A stretch of 64,000 nt of DNA, from the NCBI GenBank assembly GCA_964016885.1, contig OZ024741.1:208568001-208632000 (forward strand), read 5' to 3'. The position numbers were made by a program, and so were the translations under genes. Under the pieces are notes generated by a model that saw only the letters and a program-made list of their open reading frames with translations, was not told the origin of the DNA and did not search any database. Below, piece after piece: positions 44,701-62,700 of this stretch (positions are counted from its first letter, which is position 1; every line of letters begins with the position of its first letter). Source of the stretch: Eledone cirrhosa. Lineage: Eukaryota.

Positions 44701-47700
44701 CACTACAACCAACACCACCACTTCCCAGAACTACCACCATCACCACTACAACCAACACCACCACTTCCTAGAACTACCACCATCACCACTACAACCAACA
44801 CTACCACTTCCCAGAACTACCACCATCACCACTACAACCAACACCACCACTTCCCAGAACAACCACCATCACCACTACAACCAACACTACCACTACCCAG
44901 AACTACCACCATCACCACTACAACCAACACCACCACTTCCCAGAACTACCACCATCACCGCTATAACAAACACCACCACTTCCCAGAACTACCACCATCA
45001 CCACTACAACGAACACCACAACCACCCAGAACTACCACCATCACCACTACAACCAACACCACCACTTCCCAGAACAACCACCATCATCACTACAACCAAC
45101 ACTACCACTACCCAGAACTACCACCATCACCACTACAACCAACACCACCACTTCCCAGAACTACCACCATCACCGCTATAACAAACACCACCACTTCCCA
45201 GAACTACCACCATCACCACTACAACGAACACCACCACTTCCCAGGAATACCACCATCACCACTACAACCAACACCACCACTTCCCAGAACAACCACCATC
45301 ATCACTACAACCAACACTACCACCATCACCACTACAACCAACACAAACACTACCCAGAACTACCACCATCACCACTACAACCAACACCACCACTTCCCAG
45401 AACTCCCACCATCATTACTACAACCAACACCACCACTACCCAGAACGACCACCATCACCACTACAACCAACACAAACACTACCCAGAACTACCACCATTA
45501 CCACTACAACCAACACCACCACTTCCCAGAACTACCACCATCATTACTACAACCAACACCACCACTACCCAGAACGACCACCATCACCACTACAACCAAC
45601 ACCACCACTACCCAGAACTACCACCATCACCACTACAACCAACACCACTACTTCCCAGAACTACTACCATCATCACTACAACCAACACCACCAGTTCTCA
45701 GAACTACCACCATCACCACTATAACCCACACCACAACTACCCAGAACTACCACCATCACCACTGCAACCAACACCACCACTACCCAGAACTACCCCCATC
45801 ACCACCACGACCAACACCACCACTTCCCAGAACTACCTCTATCACCACCACAACCGATACCACCACTTCCCAGAACTACCACCATCACCATCACCACAAC
45901 CACCAACACCACCACTTCCCAGAACAACCCCATCACCACTACAACCAACACACACCACTTCCCAGAACTACCACCATCACCACTACAACCAACACCACCA
46001 CTTCCCAGAACTACCACCATCACCACTACAACCAATACCACCACTTCCCAGAACAACCCCATCACCACTACAACCAACACCACCACTTCCCAGGACAACC
46101 ACCATCATCACTACAACCAACAACACCACTTCCCAGAACTACCACCATCACCACTACAACCAACACCACCACTTCCCAGAACTACCACCATTACCACAAC
46201 AACCAACACCACCACTTCCCAGAACTACCACCATCACCACTACGACCAACACCACCACAACCCAGAACTACCACCATCACCACTATAACCAACACCACCA
46301 CTACCCAGAACTACCACCATCACCACTACCCCCCCCCATCACCACCACAACCAACATCACCACTTCCCAGAACTACCAACATCACCACTACAACCAACAC
46401 CACAACTACCCAGAACTACCACCATCACCACTACCCCCCATCACCACCACAACCGACACCACCACTTCCCAGAACTACCACCATCACGACTACAACCAAC
46501 ACCACCACTTCCCAGGACAACCAACACCACCACTACCCAGAACTACCACCATCACCACTACAACCAACACCACCACTACCCAGAACCACCACCATCACCA
46601 CTACAACCAACACCACCACTTCCCAGAACTACCACCATCACCACTACAACCAACACCACCACTTCCTAGAACTACCACCATCACCACTACAACCAACACT
46701 ACCACTTCCCAGAACTACCACCATCACCACTACAACCAACACCACCACTTCCCAGAACAACCACCATCACCACTACAACCAACACTACCACTACCCAGAA
46801 CTACCACCATCACCACTACAACCAACACCACCACTTCCCAGAACTACCACCACCACCGCTATAACAAACACCACCACTTCCCAGAACTACCACCATCACC
46901 ACTACAACGAACACCACAACCACCCAGAACTACCACCATCACCACTACAACCAACACCACCATTTCACAGAACTACCGTCATCACCACTACCACCAACAC
47001 CACCACTTCCCAGAACTACCACCATCATCATTACAACCAACACCACTACTTCCCAGAACTACCACCATCACCACTACAACCAACACCACCACTACCCACA
47101 ACTACCACCATCACAACTACAACCAACACCACCACTTCCCAGAACTACCACCATCATTACTACAACCAACACCACCACTACCCAGAACGACCACCATCAT
47201 CACTACAACCAACACCACCACTACCCAGAACTACCACCATCACCACTACAACCAACACCACTACTTCCCAGAACTACTACCATCACCACTACCCCCCCCC
47301 CATCACCACCACAACCAACATCACCACTTCCCAGAACTACCAACATCACCACTACAACCAACACCACAACTACCCAGAACTACCCCATCGCCACTACCCC
47401 CCATCACCACCACAACCAACACCACCACTTCCCAGAACTACCTCTATCACCACCACAACCGACACCACCACTTCCCAGTACTACCACCATCACCACTACA
47501 ACCAACACCACCACTACACAGAACTACCACCATCACCACTACAACCAACACCACTACTTCCCACAACTACCACCATCACCAATACAATCAACACCACCAC
47601 TTCCCAGGACAACCACCATCATCACTACAACCAACACCACCACTACCCAGAACTACCACCATCACCACTACAACCAACACCACCACTACCCGGAACCACT

Positions 47701-50700
47701 ACCATCACGACTACAACCAACACCACCACTTCCCAGAACTCCCACCATCACCACTACAACCAACACCACCACTTCCTAGAACTACCACCATCATCACTAC
47801 AACCAACACTACCACTTCCCAGAACTACCACCATCACCACTACCACCAACACCACCACTACCCAGAACTACCACCATCATCACTACAACCAACACCACCA
47901 CTTCCCAGAACTACCACCATCACCACTACAACCAACACTACCACTTCCCAGAACTACCACCGTCACCACTACAACCAACACCACCACTTCCCAGAACAAC
48001 CACTATCATCACTACAACCAACACCACCACTTCCCAGAACAACCACCATCACCACTATAACAGACACCACAACCACCCAGAACTACCACCATCACCACTA
48101 CAACCAACACCACCACTTCACAGATCTACCGTCATCACCACTACCACCAACACCACCACTTCCCAGAACTACCACCATCATCATTACAACCAACACCACC
48201 ACTTCCCAGAACTACCACCATCACCACTACAACCAACACCACCACTACCCAGAACTACCACCATCACCACTACAACCAACACCACCACTACCCAGAACAA
48301 CCACCATCATCACTACAACCACCACCACCACTTTCCAGGACTACCGCTATCACCACTACAACCAACACCACCACTACCCAGAACACCACCATCATCACTA
48401 TAACCACCACCACCACTTCCCAGGACTACCACCATCACCACTACAACCAACACCACCACTTCCCAGAACTACCACCTTCATCACTACAACCACCACCACC
48501 ACTTCCCAGGACTACAACCATCACCACTACAACCAACACCACCACTACCCAGAACTACCACCATCACCACTACAATCAACACCACCACTACCCAGAACTA
48601 CCACCATCACCACTACAACCAACACCACCACTTCCCAGAACTACCACCATCACCACTACAACCAACACCACCACTACTCAGAACAACCACCATCATCACT
48701 ACAACCAAGACCACCACTTCCTAGAACTACCACCATCACCACTACAACCAACACCACCACTTCCCAGAACTGCCACCATCACCACTACAACCAACACCAC
48801 CACTACCCAGAACAACCACCATCATCACTACAACCACCACCACCACTTCCCAGAACTACCACCATCACCACTACAACCAATACCACCACTTCCCAGAACT
48901 ACCACCATCACCACTACAACCAACACCACCACTTCCCAGAACTGCCACCATCACCACTACAACCAACACCACCACTACCCAGAACAACCACCATCATCAC
49001 TACAACCACCACCACCACTTCCCAGAACTACCACCATCACCACTACAACCAATACCACCACTTCCCAGAACTACCACCATCACCACTACAACCAAGACCA
49101 CCACTTCCCAGAACTACCCCATCACCACTACAACCAACACACACCACTTCCCAGAACTACCACCATCACCACTACAACCAACACCACCACTTCCCAGAAC
49201 TACCACCATCACCACTACAACCAATACCACCACTTCCCAGAACAACCCCATCACCACTACAACCAACACCACCACTTCCCAGGACAACCACCATCATCAC
49301 TACAACCAACACCACCACTTCCCAGAACTACCACCATCACCACTACAACCAACACCACCACTTCCCAGAACTACCACCATTACCACAACAACCAACACCA
49401 CCACTTCCCAGAACTACCACCATCACCACTACGACCAACACCACCACAACCCAGAACTACCACCATCACCACTATAACCAACACCACCACTACCCAGAAC
49501 TACCACCACCACCACTACCCCCCCCCCCCCCATCACCACCACAACCAACATCACCACTTCCCAGAACTACCAACATCACCACTACAACCAACACCACAAC
49601 TACCCAGAACTACCACCATCACCACTACCCCCCATCACCACCACAACCGACACCACCACAACCGACACCACCACTTCCCAGAACTACCACCATCACCACT
49701 ACAACCAACACCACCACTTCCCAGGACAACCACCATCATCACTACAACCAACACCACCACTACCCAGAACTACCACCATCACCACTACAACCAACACCAC
49801 CACTACCCAGAACCACCACCATCACCACTACAACCAACACCACCACTTCCCAGAACTACCACCATCACCACTACAACCAACACCACCACTTCCTAGAACT
49901 ACCACCATCACCACTACAACCAACACTACCACTTCCCAGAACTACCACCATCACCACTACAACCAACACCAACACTTCCCAGAACAACCACCATCACCAC
50001 TACAACCAACACTACCACTACCCAGAACTACCACCATCACCACTACAACCAACACCACCACTTCCCAGAACTACCACCATCACCGCTATAACAAACACCA
50101 CCACTTCCCAGAACTACCACCATCACCACTACAAAGAACACCACAACCACCCAGAACTACCACCATCACCACTACAACCAACACCACCACTTCCCAGAAC
50201 AACCACCATCATCACTACAACCAACACTACCACTACCCAGAACTACCACCATCACCACTACAACCAACACCACCACTTCCCAGAACTACCACCATCACCG
50301 CTATAACAAACACCACCACTTCCCAGAACTACCACCATCACCACTACAACTAACACCACCACTTCCCAGGAATACCACCATCACCACTACAACCAACACC
50401 ACCACTTCCCAGAACAACCACCATCATCACTACAACCAACATTACCACTACCCAGAACTACCACCATCACCACTACAACCAACACAAACACTACCCAGAA
50501 CTACCACCATCACCACTACAACCAACACCACCACTTCCCAGAACTACCACCATCATTACTACAACCAACACCACCACTACCCAGAACGACCACCATCACC
50601 ACTACAACCAACACAAACACTACCCAGAACTACCACCATCACCACTACAACCAACACCACCACTTCCCAGAACTACCACCATCATTACTACAACCAACAC

Positions 50701-53700
50701 CACCACTACCCAGAACGACCACCATCACCACTACAACCAACACCACCACTACCCAGAACTACCACCATCACCACTACAACCAACACCACTACTTCCCAGA
50801 ACTACTACCATCATCACTACAACCAACACCACCAGTTCTCAGAACTACCACCATCACCACTATAACCCACACCACAACTACCCAGAACTACCACCATCAC
50901 CACTGCAACCAACACCACCACTACCCAGAACTACCCCCATCACCACCACGACCAACACCACCACTTCCCAGAACTACCTCTATCACCACCACAACCGATA
51001 CCACCACTTCCCAGAACTACCACCATCACCATCACCACTACCACCAACACCACCACTTCCCAGAACAACCCCATCACCACTACAACCAACACACACCACT
51101 TCCCAGAACTACCACCATCACCACTACAACCAACACCACCACTTCCCAGAACTACCACCATCACCACTACAACCAATACCACCACTTCCCAGAACAACCC
51201 CATCACCACTACAACCAACACCACCACTTCCCAGGACAACCACCATCATCACTACAACCAACACCACCACTTCCCAGAACTACCACCATCACCACTACAA
51301 CCAACACCACCACTTCCCAGAACTACCACCATTACCACAACAACCAACACCACCACTTCCCAGAACTACCACCATCACCACTACGACCAACACCACCACA
51401 ACCCAGAACTACCACCATCACCACTATAACCAACACCACCACTACCCAGAACTACCACCATCACCACTACCCCCCCCCCCCCCCCATCACCACCACAACC
51501 AACATCACCACTTCCCAGAACTACCAACATCACCACTACAACCAACACCACAACTACCCAGAACTACCACCATCACCACTACCCCCCATCACCACCACAA
51601 CCGACACCACCACTTCCCAGAACTACCACCATCACCACTACAACCAACACCACCACTTCCCAGGACAACCACCATCATCACTACAACCAACACCACCACT
51701 ACCCAGAACTACCACCATCACCACTACAACCAACACCACCACTACCCAGAACCACCACCATCACCACTACAACCAACACCACCACTTCCCAGAACTACCA
51801 CCATCACCACTACAACCAACACCACCACTTCCTAGAACTACCACCATCACCACTACAACCAACACTACCACTTCCCAGAACTACCACCATCACCACTACA
51901 ACCAACACCACCACTTCCCAGAACAACCACCATCACCACTACAACCAACACTACCACTACCCAGAACTACCACCATCACCACTACAACCAACACCACCAC
52001 TTCCCAGAACTACCACCATCACCGCTATAACAAACACCACCACTTCCCAGAACTACCACCATCACCACTACAACGAACACCACAACCACCCAGAACTACC
52101 ACCATCACCACTACAACCAACACCACCACTTCCCAGAACAACCACCATCATCACTACAACCAACACTACCACTACCCAGAACTACCACCATCACCACTAC
52201 AACCAACACCACCACTTCCCAGAACTACCACCATCACCGCTATAACAAACACCATCACTTCCCAGAACTACCACCATCACCACTACAACGAACACCACCA
52301 CTTCCCAGGAATACCACCATCACCACTACAACCAACACCACCACTTCCCAGAACAACCACCATCATCACTACAACCAACACTACCACTACCCAGAACTAC
52401 CACCATCACCACTACAACCAACACAAACACTACCCAGAACTACCACCATCACCACTACAACCAACACCACCACTTCCCAGAACTACCACCATCATTACTA
52501 CAACCAACACCACCACTTCCCAGAACGACCACCATCACCACTACAACCAACACAAACATTACCCAGAACTACCACCATCACCACTACAACCAACACCACC
52601 ACTTCCCAGAACTACCACCATCATTACTACAACCAACACCACCACTACCCAGAACGACCACCATCACCACTACAACCAACACCACCACTACCCAGAACTA
52701 CCACCATCACCACTACAACCAACACCACTACTTCCCAGAACTACTACCATCATCACTACAACCAACACCACCAGTTCTCAGTACTACCACCATCACCACT
52801 ATAACCCACACCACAACTACCCAGAACTACCACCATCACCACTGCAACCAACACCACCACTACCCAGAACTACCCCCATCACCACCACGACCAACACCAC
52901 CACTTCCCAGAACTACCTCTATCACCACCACAACCGATACCACCACTTCCCAGAACTACCACCATCACCATCACCACTACCACCAACACCACCACTTCCC
53001 AGAACAACCCCATCACCACTACAACCAACACACACCACTTCCCAGAACTACCACCATCACCACTACAACCAACACCACCACTTCCCAGAACTACCACCAT
53101 CACCACTACAACCAATACCACCACTTCCCAGAACAACCCCATCACCACTACAACCAACACCACCACTTCTCAGGACAACCACCATCATCACTACAACCAA
53201 CACCACCACTTCCCAGAACTACCACCATCACCACTACAACCAACACCACCACTTCCCAGAACTACCACCATTACCACAACAACCAACACCACCACTTCCC
53301 AGAACTACCACCATTACCACTACGACCAACACCACCCCAACCCAGAACTACCACCATCACCACTATAACCAACACCACCACTACCCAGAACTACCACCAT
53401 CACCACTACCCCCCCCCCCCATCACCACCACAACCAACATCACCACTTCCCAGAACTACCAACATCACCACTACAACCAACACCACAACTACCCAGAACT
53501 ACCACCATCACCACTACCCCCCATCACCACCACAACCGACACCACCACTTCCCAGAACTACCACCATCACCACTACAACCAACACCACCACTTCCCAGGA
53601 CAACCACCATCATCACTACAACCAACACCACCACTACCCAGAACTACCACCATCACCACTACAACCAACACCACCACTACCCAGAACCACCACCATCACC

Positions 53701-56700
53701 ACTACAACCAACACCACCACTTCCCAGAACTACCACCATCACCACTACAACCAACACCACCACTTCCTAGAACTACCACCATCACCACTACAACCAACAC
53801 TACCACTTCCCAGAACTACCACCATCACCACTACAACCAACACCACCACTTCCCAGAACAACCACCATCACCACTACACCCAACACTACCACTACCCAGA
53901 ACTACCACCATCACCACTACAACCAACACCACCACTTCCCAGAACTACCACCATCACCGCTATAACAAACACCACCACTTCCCAGAACTACCACCATCAC
54001 CACTACAACGAACACCACAACCACCCAGAACTACCACCATCACCACTACAACCAACACCACCACTTCACAGAACTACCGTCATCACCACTACCACCAACA
54101 CCACCACTTCCCAGAACTACCACCATCATCATTACAACCAACACCACTACTTCCCAGAACTACCACCATCACCACTACAACCAACACCACCACTACCCAG
54201 AACAACCACCATCATCACTACAACCACCACCACCACTTTCCAGGACTACCACCATCACCACTACAACCAACACCACCACTACCCAGAGCAACCACCATCA
54301 TCACTATAACCACCACCACCACTTCCCAGGACTACCACCATCACCACTACAACCAACACCACCACTTCCCAGAACTACCACCATTACCACAACAACCAAC
54401 ACCACCACTTCCCAGAACTACCACCATCACCACTACGACCAACACCACCACAACCCAGAACTACCACCATCACCACTATAACCAACACCACCACTACCCA
54501 GAACTACCACCATCACCACTACCCCCCCCCCCATCACCACCACAACCAACATCACCACTTCCCAGAACTACCAACATCACCACTACAACCAACACCACAA
54601 CTACCCAGAACTACCACCATCACCACTACCCCCCATCACCACCACAACCGACACCACCACTTCCCAGAACTACCACCATCACCACTACAACCAACACCAC
54701 CACTTCCCAGGACAACCACCATCATCACTACAACCAACACCACCACTACCCAGAACTACCACCATCACCACTACAACCAACACCACCACTACCCAGAACC
54801 ACCACCATCACCACTACAACCAACACCACCACTTCCCAGAACTACCACCATCACCACTACAACCAACACCACCACTTCCTAGAACTACCACCATCACCAC
54901 TACAACCAACACTACCACTTCCCAGAACTACCACCATCACCACTACAACCAACACCACCACTTCCCAGAACAACCACCATCACCACTACAACCAACACTA
55001 CCACTACCCAGAACTACCACCATCACCACTACAACCAACACCACCACTTCCCAGAACTACCACCATCACCGCTATAACAAACACCACCACTTCCCAGAAC
55101 TACCACCATCACCACTACAACGAACACCACAACCACCCAGAACTACCACCATCACCACTACAACCAACACCACCACTTCACAGAACTACCGTCATCACCA
55201 CTACCACCAACACCACCACTTCCCAGAACTACCACCTTCATCATTACAACCAACACCACTACTTCCCAGAACTACCACCATCACCACTACAACCAACACC
55301 ACCACTACCCAGAACAACCACCATCATCACTACAACCACCACCACCACTTTCCAGGACTACCACCATCACCACTACAACCAACACCACCACTACCCAGAG
55401 CAACCACCATCATCACTATAACCACCACCACCACTTCCCAGGACTACCACCATCACCACTACAACCAACACCACCACTTCCCAGAACTACCACCATCACC
55501 ACTACAACCAACATCACCACTTCCCAGAAAAACCACCATCATCACTACAACCAACACTACCACTACCCAGAACTACCACCATCACCACTACAACCAACAC
55601 AAACACTACCCAGAACTACCACCATCACAACTACAACCAACACCACCACTTCCCAGAACTACCACCATCATTACTACAACCAACACCACCACTACCCAGA
55701 ACGACCACCATCACCACTACAACCAACACCACCACTACACAGAACTACCACCATCACCACTACAACCAACACCACTACTTCCCAGAACTACTACCATCAC
55801 CACTACCCCCCCCCATCACCACCACAACCAACATCACCACTTCCCAGAACTACCAACATCACCACTACAACCAACACCACAACTACCCAGAACTACCCCA
55901 TCGCCACTACCCCCCATCACCACCACTTTCCAGGACTACCGCTATCACCACTACAACCAACACCACCACTACCCAGAACACCACCATCATCACTATAACC
56001 ACCACCACCACTTCCCAGGACTACCACCATCACCACTACAACCAACACCACCACTTCCCAGAACTACCACCTTCATCACTACAACCACCACCACCACTTC
56101 CCAGGACTACAACCATCACCACTACAACCAACACCACCACTACCCAGAACTACCACCATCACCACTACAATCAACACCACCACTACCCAGAACTACCACC
56201 ATCACCACTACAACCAACACCACCACTTCCCAGAACTACCACCATCACCACTACAACCAACACCACCACTACTCAGAACAACCACCATCATCACTACAAC
56301 CAAGACCACCACTTCCTAGAACTACCACCATCACCACTACAACCAACACCACCACTACCCAGAACAACCACCATCATCACTACAACCACCACCACCACTT
56401 CCCAGAACTACCACCATCACCACTACAACCAATACCACCACTTCCCAGAACTACCACCATCACCACTACAACCAAGACCACCACTTCCCAGAACTACCAC
56501 CATCACCACTACAACCAATACCACCACTTCCCAGAACTACCACCATTACCACTACAACCAACACCACCACTCGCCAGAACTACCACCATCACCACTACAA
56601 CCAACACACAACACTTCCCAGAACAACCACTATCATCACTACAACCAACACCACCACTTCCCAGAACAACCACCATCACCACTACAACCAACACCACCAC

Positions 56701-59700
56701 TTCCCAGAACTACCACCATTACCACTACAACCAACACCACCACTTCCCAGAACTACCACCATCACCACTACAACCAACACCAACACAACACAGGACTACC
56801 ACCATCACCACTACAACCAACACCACCACTACCCAGAACTACCACCAACACCACTACCCCCCCCCCCCCATCACCACCACAACCAACATCACCACTTCCC
56901 AGAACTACCAACATCACCACTACAACCAACACCACAACTTCCCAGAACTACCCCATCACCACTACCCCCCATCACCACCACAACCAACATCACCACTTCC
57001 CAGAACTACCAACATCACCACTACAACCAACACCACCACTTCCCAGAACTACCTCTATCACCACCACAACCGACACCACCACTTCCCAGAACTACCACCA
57101 TCACCACTACAACCAACACCACCACTTCCCAGAACTACCACCATCAACGCTACAACCAACACCATCACTACACAGAACTACCAACATCACCACTACAACC
57201 AACACCACTACTTCCCAGAACTAGCACCATCACCAATACAACCACCACCACCACTACCCAGAACTACCACCACCACTACTACAATCAACACCACCACTTC
57301 CCAGGACAACCACCATCAGCACTACAACCAACACCACCACTACCCAGAACTACCACAATCACCACTACAACCAACACCACCACTACCCAGAACCACCACC
57401 ATCACCACTACAACCAACACCACCACTTCCCAGAACTACCACCATCACCACTACAACCAAAACCACCACTTCCCAGAACTACCACCATCACCACTACAAC
57501 CAACACCACCACTTCCCAGAACTACCACCATCACCACTACCACCATCACCACTACAACCAACACCACCACTTCCCAGAACTACCAGCATCACCACTACCA
57601 CCATCACCACTACAACCAACACCACCACTTCCCAGAGCTACCACCATCACCACCACCACCATCAACACCACAACCAGCACCACCACTACCCAGAACTACT
57701 ACCATCATCACTACAACCAACACCACCACTTCCCAGAACTACCACCATCACCACTATAACCAACACCACAACTACCCAGAACTGCCACCATCACCACTAC
57801 AACCAACACCACCACTTCCTAGAACTACCACCATCACCACTACTACCAACACTACCACTACACAGAACTACCACCATCACCACTACTACCACCACCACCA
57901 ATTCCCAGAACTTCCACTATCACCACTACAACCAACACCACCACTACCCAGAACAACCACCATCATCACTACAACCACCACCACCACTTTCCAGGACTAC
58001 CACCATCACCACTACAACCAACACCACCACTACCCAGAACAACCACCATCATCACTATAACCACCACCACCACTTCCCAGGACTACCACCATCACCACTA
58101 CAACCAACACCACCACTTCCCAGAACTACCACCTTCATCACTACAACCACCACCACCACTTCCCTGGACTACCACCATCACCACTACAACCAAGACCACC
58201 ATTCCCAGAACAACCACCATCATCACTACAACCACCACCACCACTTCCCAGGACTACCACCATCACCACTACAACCAACACCACCACTTCCCAGGACTAC
58301 AACCATCACCACTACAACCAACACCACCACTACCCAGAACTACCACCATCACCACTACAACCAACACCACCACTACCCAGAACTACCACCATCACCACTA
58401 CAACCAACACCATCACTTCCCAGAACTACCACCATCACCACTACAACCAACACCACCACTACCCAGAACAACCACCATCATCACTACAACCAAGACCACC
58501 ACTTCCCAGAACTACCACCATCACCACTACAACCAACACCACCACTACCCAGAACAACCACCATCATCACTACAACCACCACCACCACTTCCCACAACTA
58601 CCACCATCACCACTACAACCAATACAAACACTTCCCAGAACTACCACCATCACCACTACAACCAAGACCACCACTTCCCAGAACTACCACCATCACCACT
58701 ACAACCAATACCACCACTTCCCAGAACTACCACCATTACCACTACAACCAACACCACCACTCGCCAGAACTACCACCATCACCACTACAACCAACACACA
58801 CCACTTCCCAGAACAACCACCATCATCACTACAACCAACACCACCACTTCCCAGAACTACCACCATCACCACTACAACCAATACCACCACTTCCCAGAAC
58901 AACCACAATCACCACTACAACCAACACCACCACTTCCCAGAATTACCACCATTACCACTACAACCAACACCACCACTTCCCAGAACTACCACCATCACCA
59001 CTACAACCAACACCAACACAACCCAGAACTACCACCATCACCACTATAACCAACACCACCACTACCCAGAAATACCACCAACACTACTACCCCCCCCATC
59101 ACCACCACAACCAACATCACCACTTCCCAGAACTACCAACATCACCACTACAACCAACACCACAACTTCCCAGAACTACCCCATCACCACTACCCCCCAT
59201 CACCACCACAACCAACACCACCACTTCCCAGAACTACCTCTATCACCACCACAACCGACACCACCACTTCCCAGAACTACCACCATCACCACTACAACCA
59301 ACACCACCACTTCCCAGAACTACCACCATCAACACTACAACCAACACCATCACTACACAGAACTACCAACACCACTACTACAATCAACACCACCACTTCC
59401 CAGGACAACCACCATCATCACTACAACCAACACCACCACTACCCAGAACTACCACCATCACCACTACAACCAACACCACCACTACCCAGAACCACCACCA
59501 TCACCACTACAACCAACACCACCACTTCCCAGAACTACCACCATCACCACTACAACCAAAACCACCACTTCCCAGAACTACCACCATCACCACTCTAACC
59601 AACACCACCACTTCCCAGAACTACCACCATCACCACTACCACCATCACCACTATAACCAACACCACCACTTCCCAGAACTACCAGCATCACCACTACCAC

Positions 59701-62700
59701 CATCACCACTACAACCAACACCACCACTTCCTAGAACTACCACCATCACCACTACTACCAACACTAACACTACACAGAACTACCACCATCACCACTACAA
59801 CCACCACCACCTCTTCCCCGAACTACCACTATCACCACTACAACCAACACCACCACTTCCCAGAACTACCACCATCACCACTACAACCAACAAGACCACT
59901 TCCCAGAAATACCACTATCACCACTACAACCAACACCACCACTTCCCGGAACAACCACAATCACTACTATAACCAACACCACCACTTCGCCGACCTACCA
60001 CCATCACTACTACAACCAACACCACAACTACCCAGAACTACCACCATCATCACTACAACCAACACCACCACTTCCCAGAACGACCACCATCACCACTACA
60101 ACCAACACCACCACTTCCCAGAATACCACCATCACCACTACAACCAAAACCACCATTTCCCAGAACTACCACCAACACCACTACAACCAACACCACCACT
60201 ACCCAGAACAACAACCATCAACAATACAACTAGCACCACCACTTCGTGGAACAACAACCATCACTACAACCAACACCACCACTTCCCAGAACTACCTCTA
60301 TCACCACCACAACCGACACCACCACTTCCCAGAACTACCACCATCACCACTACAACCAACACCACCACTTCCCAGAACTACCACCATCAACACTACAACC
60401 AACACCATCACTACACAGAACTACCAACATCACCACTACAACCAACACCACTACTTCCCAGAACTAGCACCATCACCAATACAACCACCACCACCACTTC
60501 CCAGAACTACCACCATCACTACTACAATCAACACCACCACTTCCCAGGACAACCACCATCATCACTACAACCAACACCACCACTACCCAGAACTACCACC
60601 ATCACCACTACAACCAACACCACCACTACCCAGAACCACCACCATCACCACTACAACCAACACCACCACTTCCCAGAACTACCACCATCACCACTACCAC
60701 CATCACCACTACAACCAACACCACCACTTCCCAGAGCTACCACCATCACCACTACAACCAAGACCACCACTTCCCAGAACTACCACCATCACCACTACAA
60801 CCAACACCACCACTACCCAGAACAACCACCATCATCACTACAACCACCACCACCACTTCCCAGAACTACCACCATCACCACTACAACCAATACAAACACT
60901 TCCCAGAACTACCACCATCACCACTACAACCAAGACCACCACTTCCCAGAACTACCACCATCACCACTACAACCAATACCACCACTTCCCAGAACTACCA
61001 CCATTACCACTACAACCAACACCACCACTCGCCAGAACTACCACCATCACCACTACAACCAACACACACCACTTCCCAGAACAACCACCATCATCACTAC
61101 AACCAACACCACCACTTCCCAGAACTACCACCATCACCACTACAACCAATACCACCACTTCCCAGAACAACCACCATCACCACTACAACCAACACCGCCA
61201 CTTCCCAGAACTACCACCATTACCACTACAACCAACACCACCACTTCCCAGAACTACCACCATCACCACTACAACCAACACCAACACAACCCAGAACTAC
61301 CACCATCACCACTATAACCAACACCACCACTACCCAGAACTACCACCAACACTACGACCCCCCCCCCCCATCACCACCACAACCAACATCACCACTTCCC
61401 AGAACTACCAACATCACCACTACAACCAACACCACAACTTCCCAGAACTACCCCATCACCACTACCCCCCATCACCACCACAACCAACACCACCACTTCC
61501 CAGAACTACCTCTATCACCACCACAACCGACACCACCACTTCCCAGAACTACCACCATCACCACTACAACCAACACCACCACTTCCCAGAACTACCACCA
61601 TCAACACTACAACCAACACCATCACTACACAGAACTACCAACATCACCACTACAACCAACACCACTACTTCCCAGAACTAGCACCATCACCAATACAACC
61701 ACCACCACCACTTCCCAGAACTACCAACACCACTACTACAATCAACACCACCACTTCCCAGGACAACCACCATCATCACTACAACCAACACCACCACTAC
61801 CCAGAACTACCACCATCACCACTACAACCAACACCACCACTACCCAGAACCACCACCATCACCACTACAACCAACACCACCACTTCCCAGAACTACCACC
61901 ATCACCACTACAACCAAAACCACCACTTCCCAGAACTACCACCATCACCACTACAACCAACACCACCACTTCCCAGAACTACCACCATCACCACTACCAC
62001 CATCACCACTATAACCAACACCACCACTTTCCAGAACTACCAGCATCACCACGACCACCATCACCACTACAACCAACACCACCACTTCCCAGAGCTACCA
62101 CCATCACCACCACCACCATCAACACCACAACCAGCACCACCACTACCCAGAACTACTACCATCATCACTACAACCAACACCACCACTTCCCAGAACTACC
62201 ACCATCACCACTATAACCAACACCACAACTACCCAGAACTGCCACCATCACCACTACAACCAACACCACCACTTCCTAGAACTACCACCATCACCACTAC
62301 TACCAACACTACCACTACACAGAACTACCACCATCACCACTACAACCACCACCACCTCTTCCCCGAACTACCACTATCACCACTACAACCAACACCACCA
62401 CTTCCCAGAACTACCACCATCACCACTACAACCAACAAGACCACTTCCCAGAAATACCACTATCACCACTACAACCAACACCACCACTTCCCGGAACAAC
62501 CACAATCACTACTATAACCAACACCACCACTTCGCCGAACTACCACCATCACCACTACAACCAACAACACAACTACCCAGAACTACCACCATCATCACTA
62601 CAACCAACACCACCACTTCCCAGAACTACCACCATCACCACTACAACCAACACCACCACTTCCCAGAACTACCATCATCACCACTACAACCAACACCACC

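Noticed and set aside
60246-60467. 73-aa plus-strand ORF
   Set aside because: It starts at a GTG inside the TTCGTGGAA variant, is pure repeat translation, and is not reported at the paralogous sites 29683 and 32268.
11786-61369. Poly-C tracts as bacterial phase-variation switches
   Set aside because: There is no associated gene or promoter, and nothing in the window looks prokaryotic.
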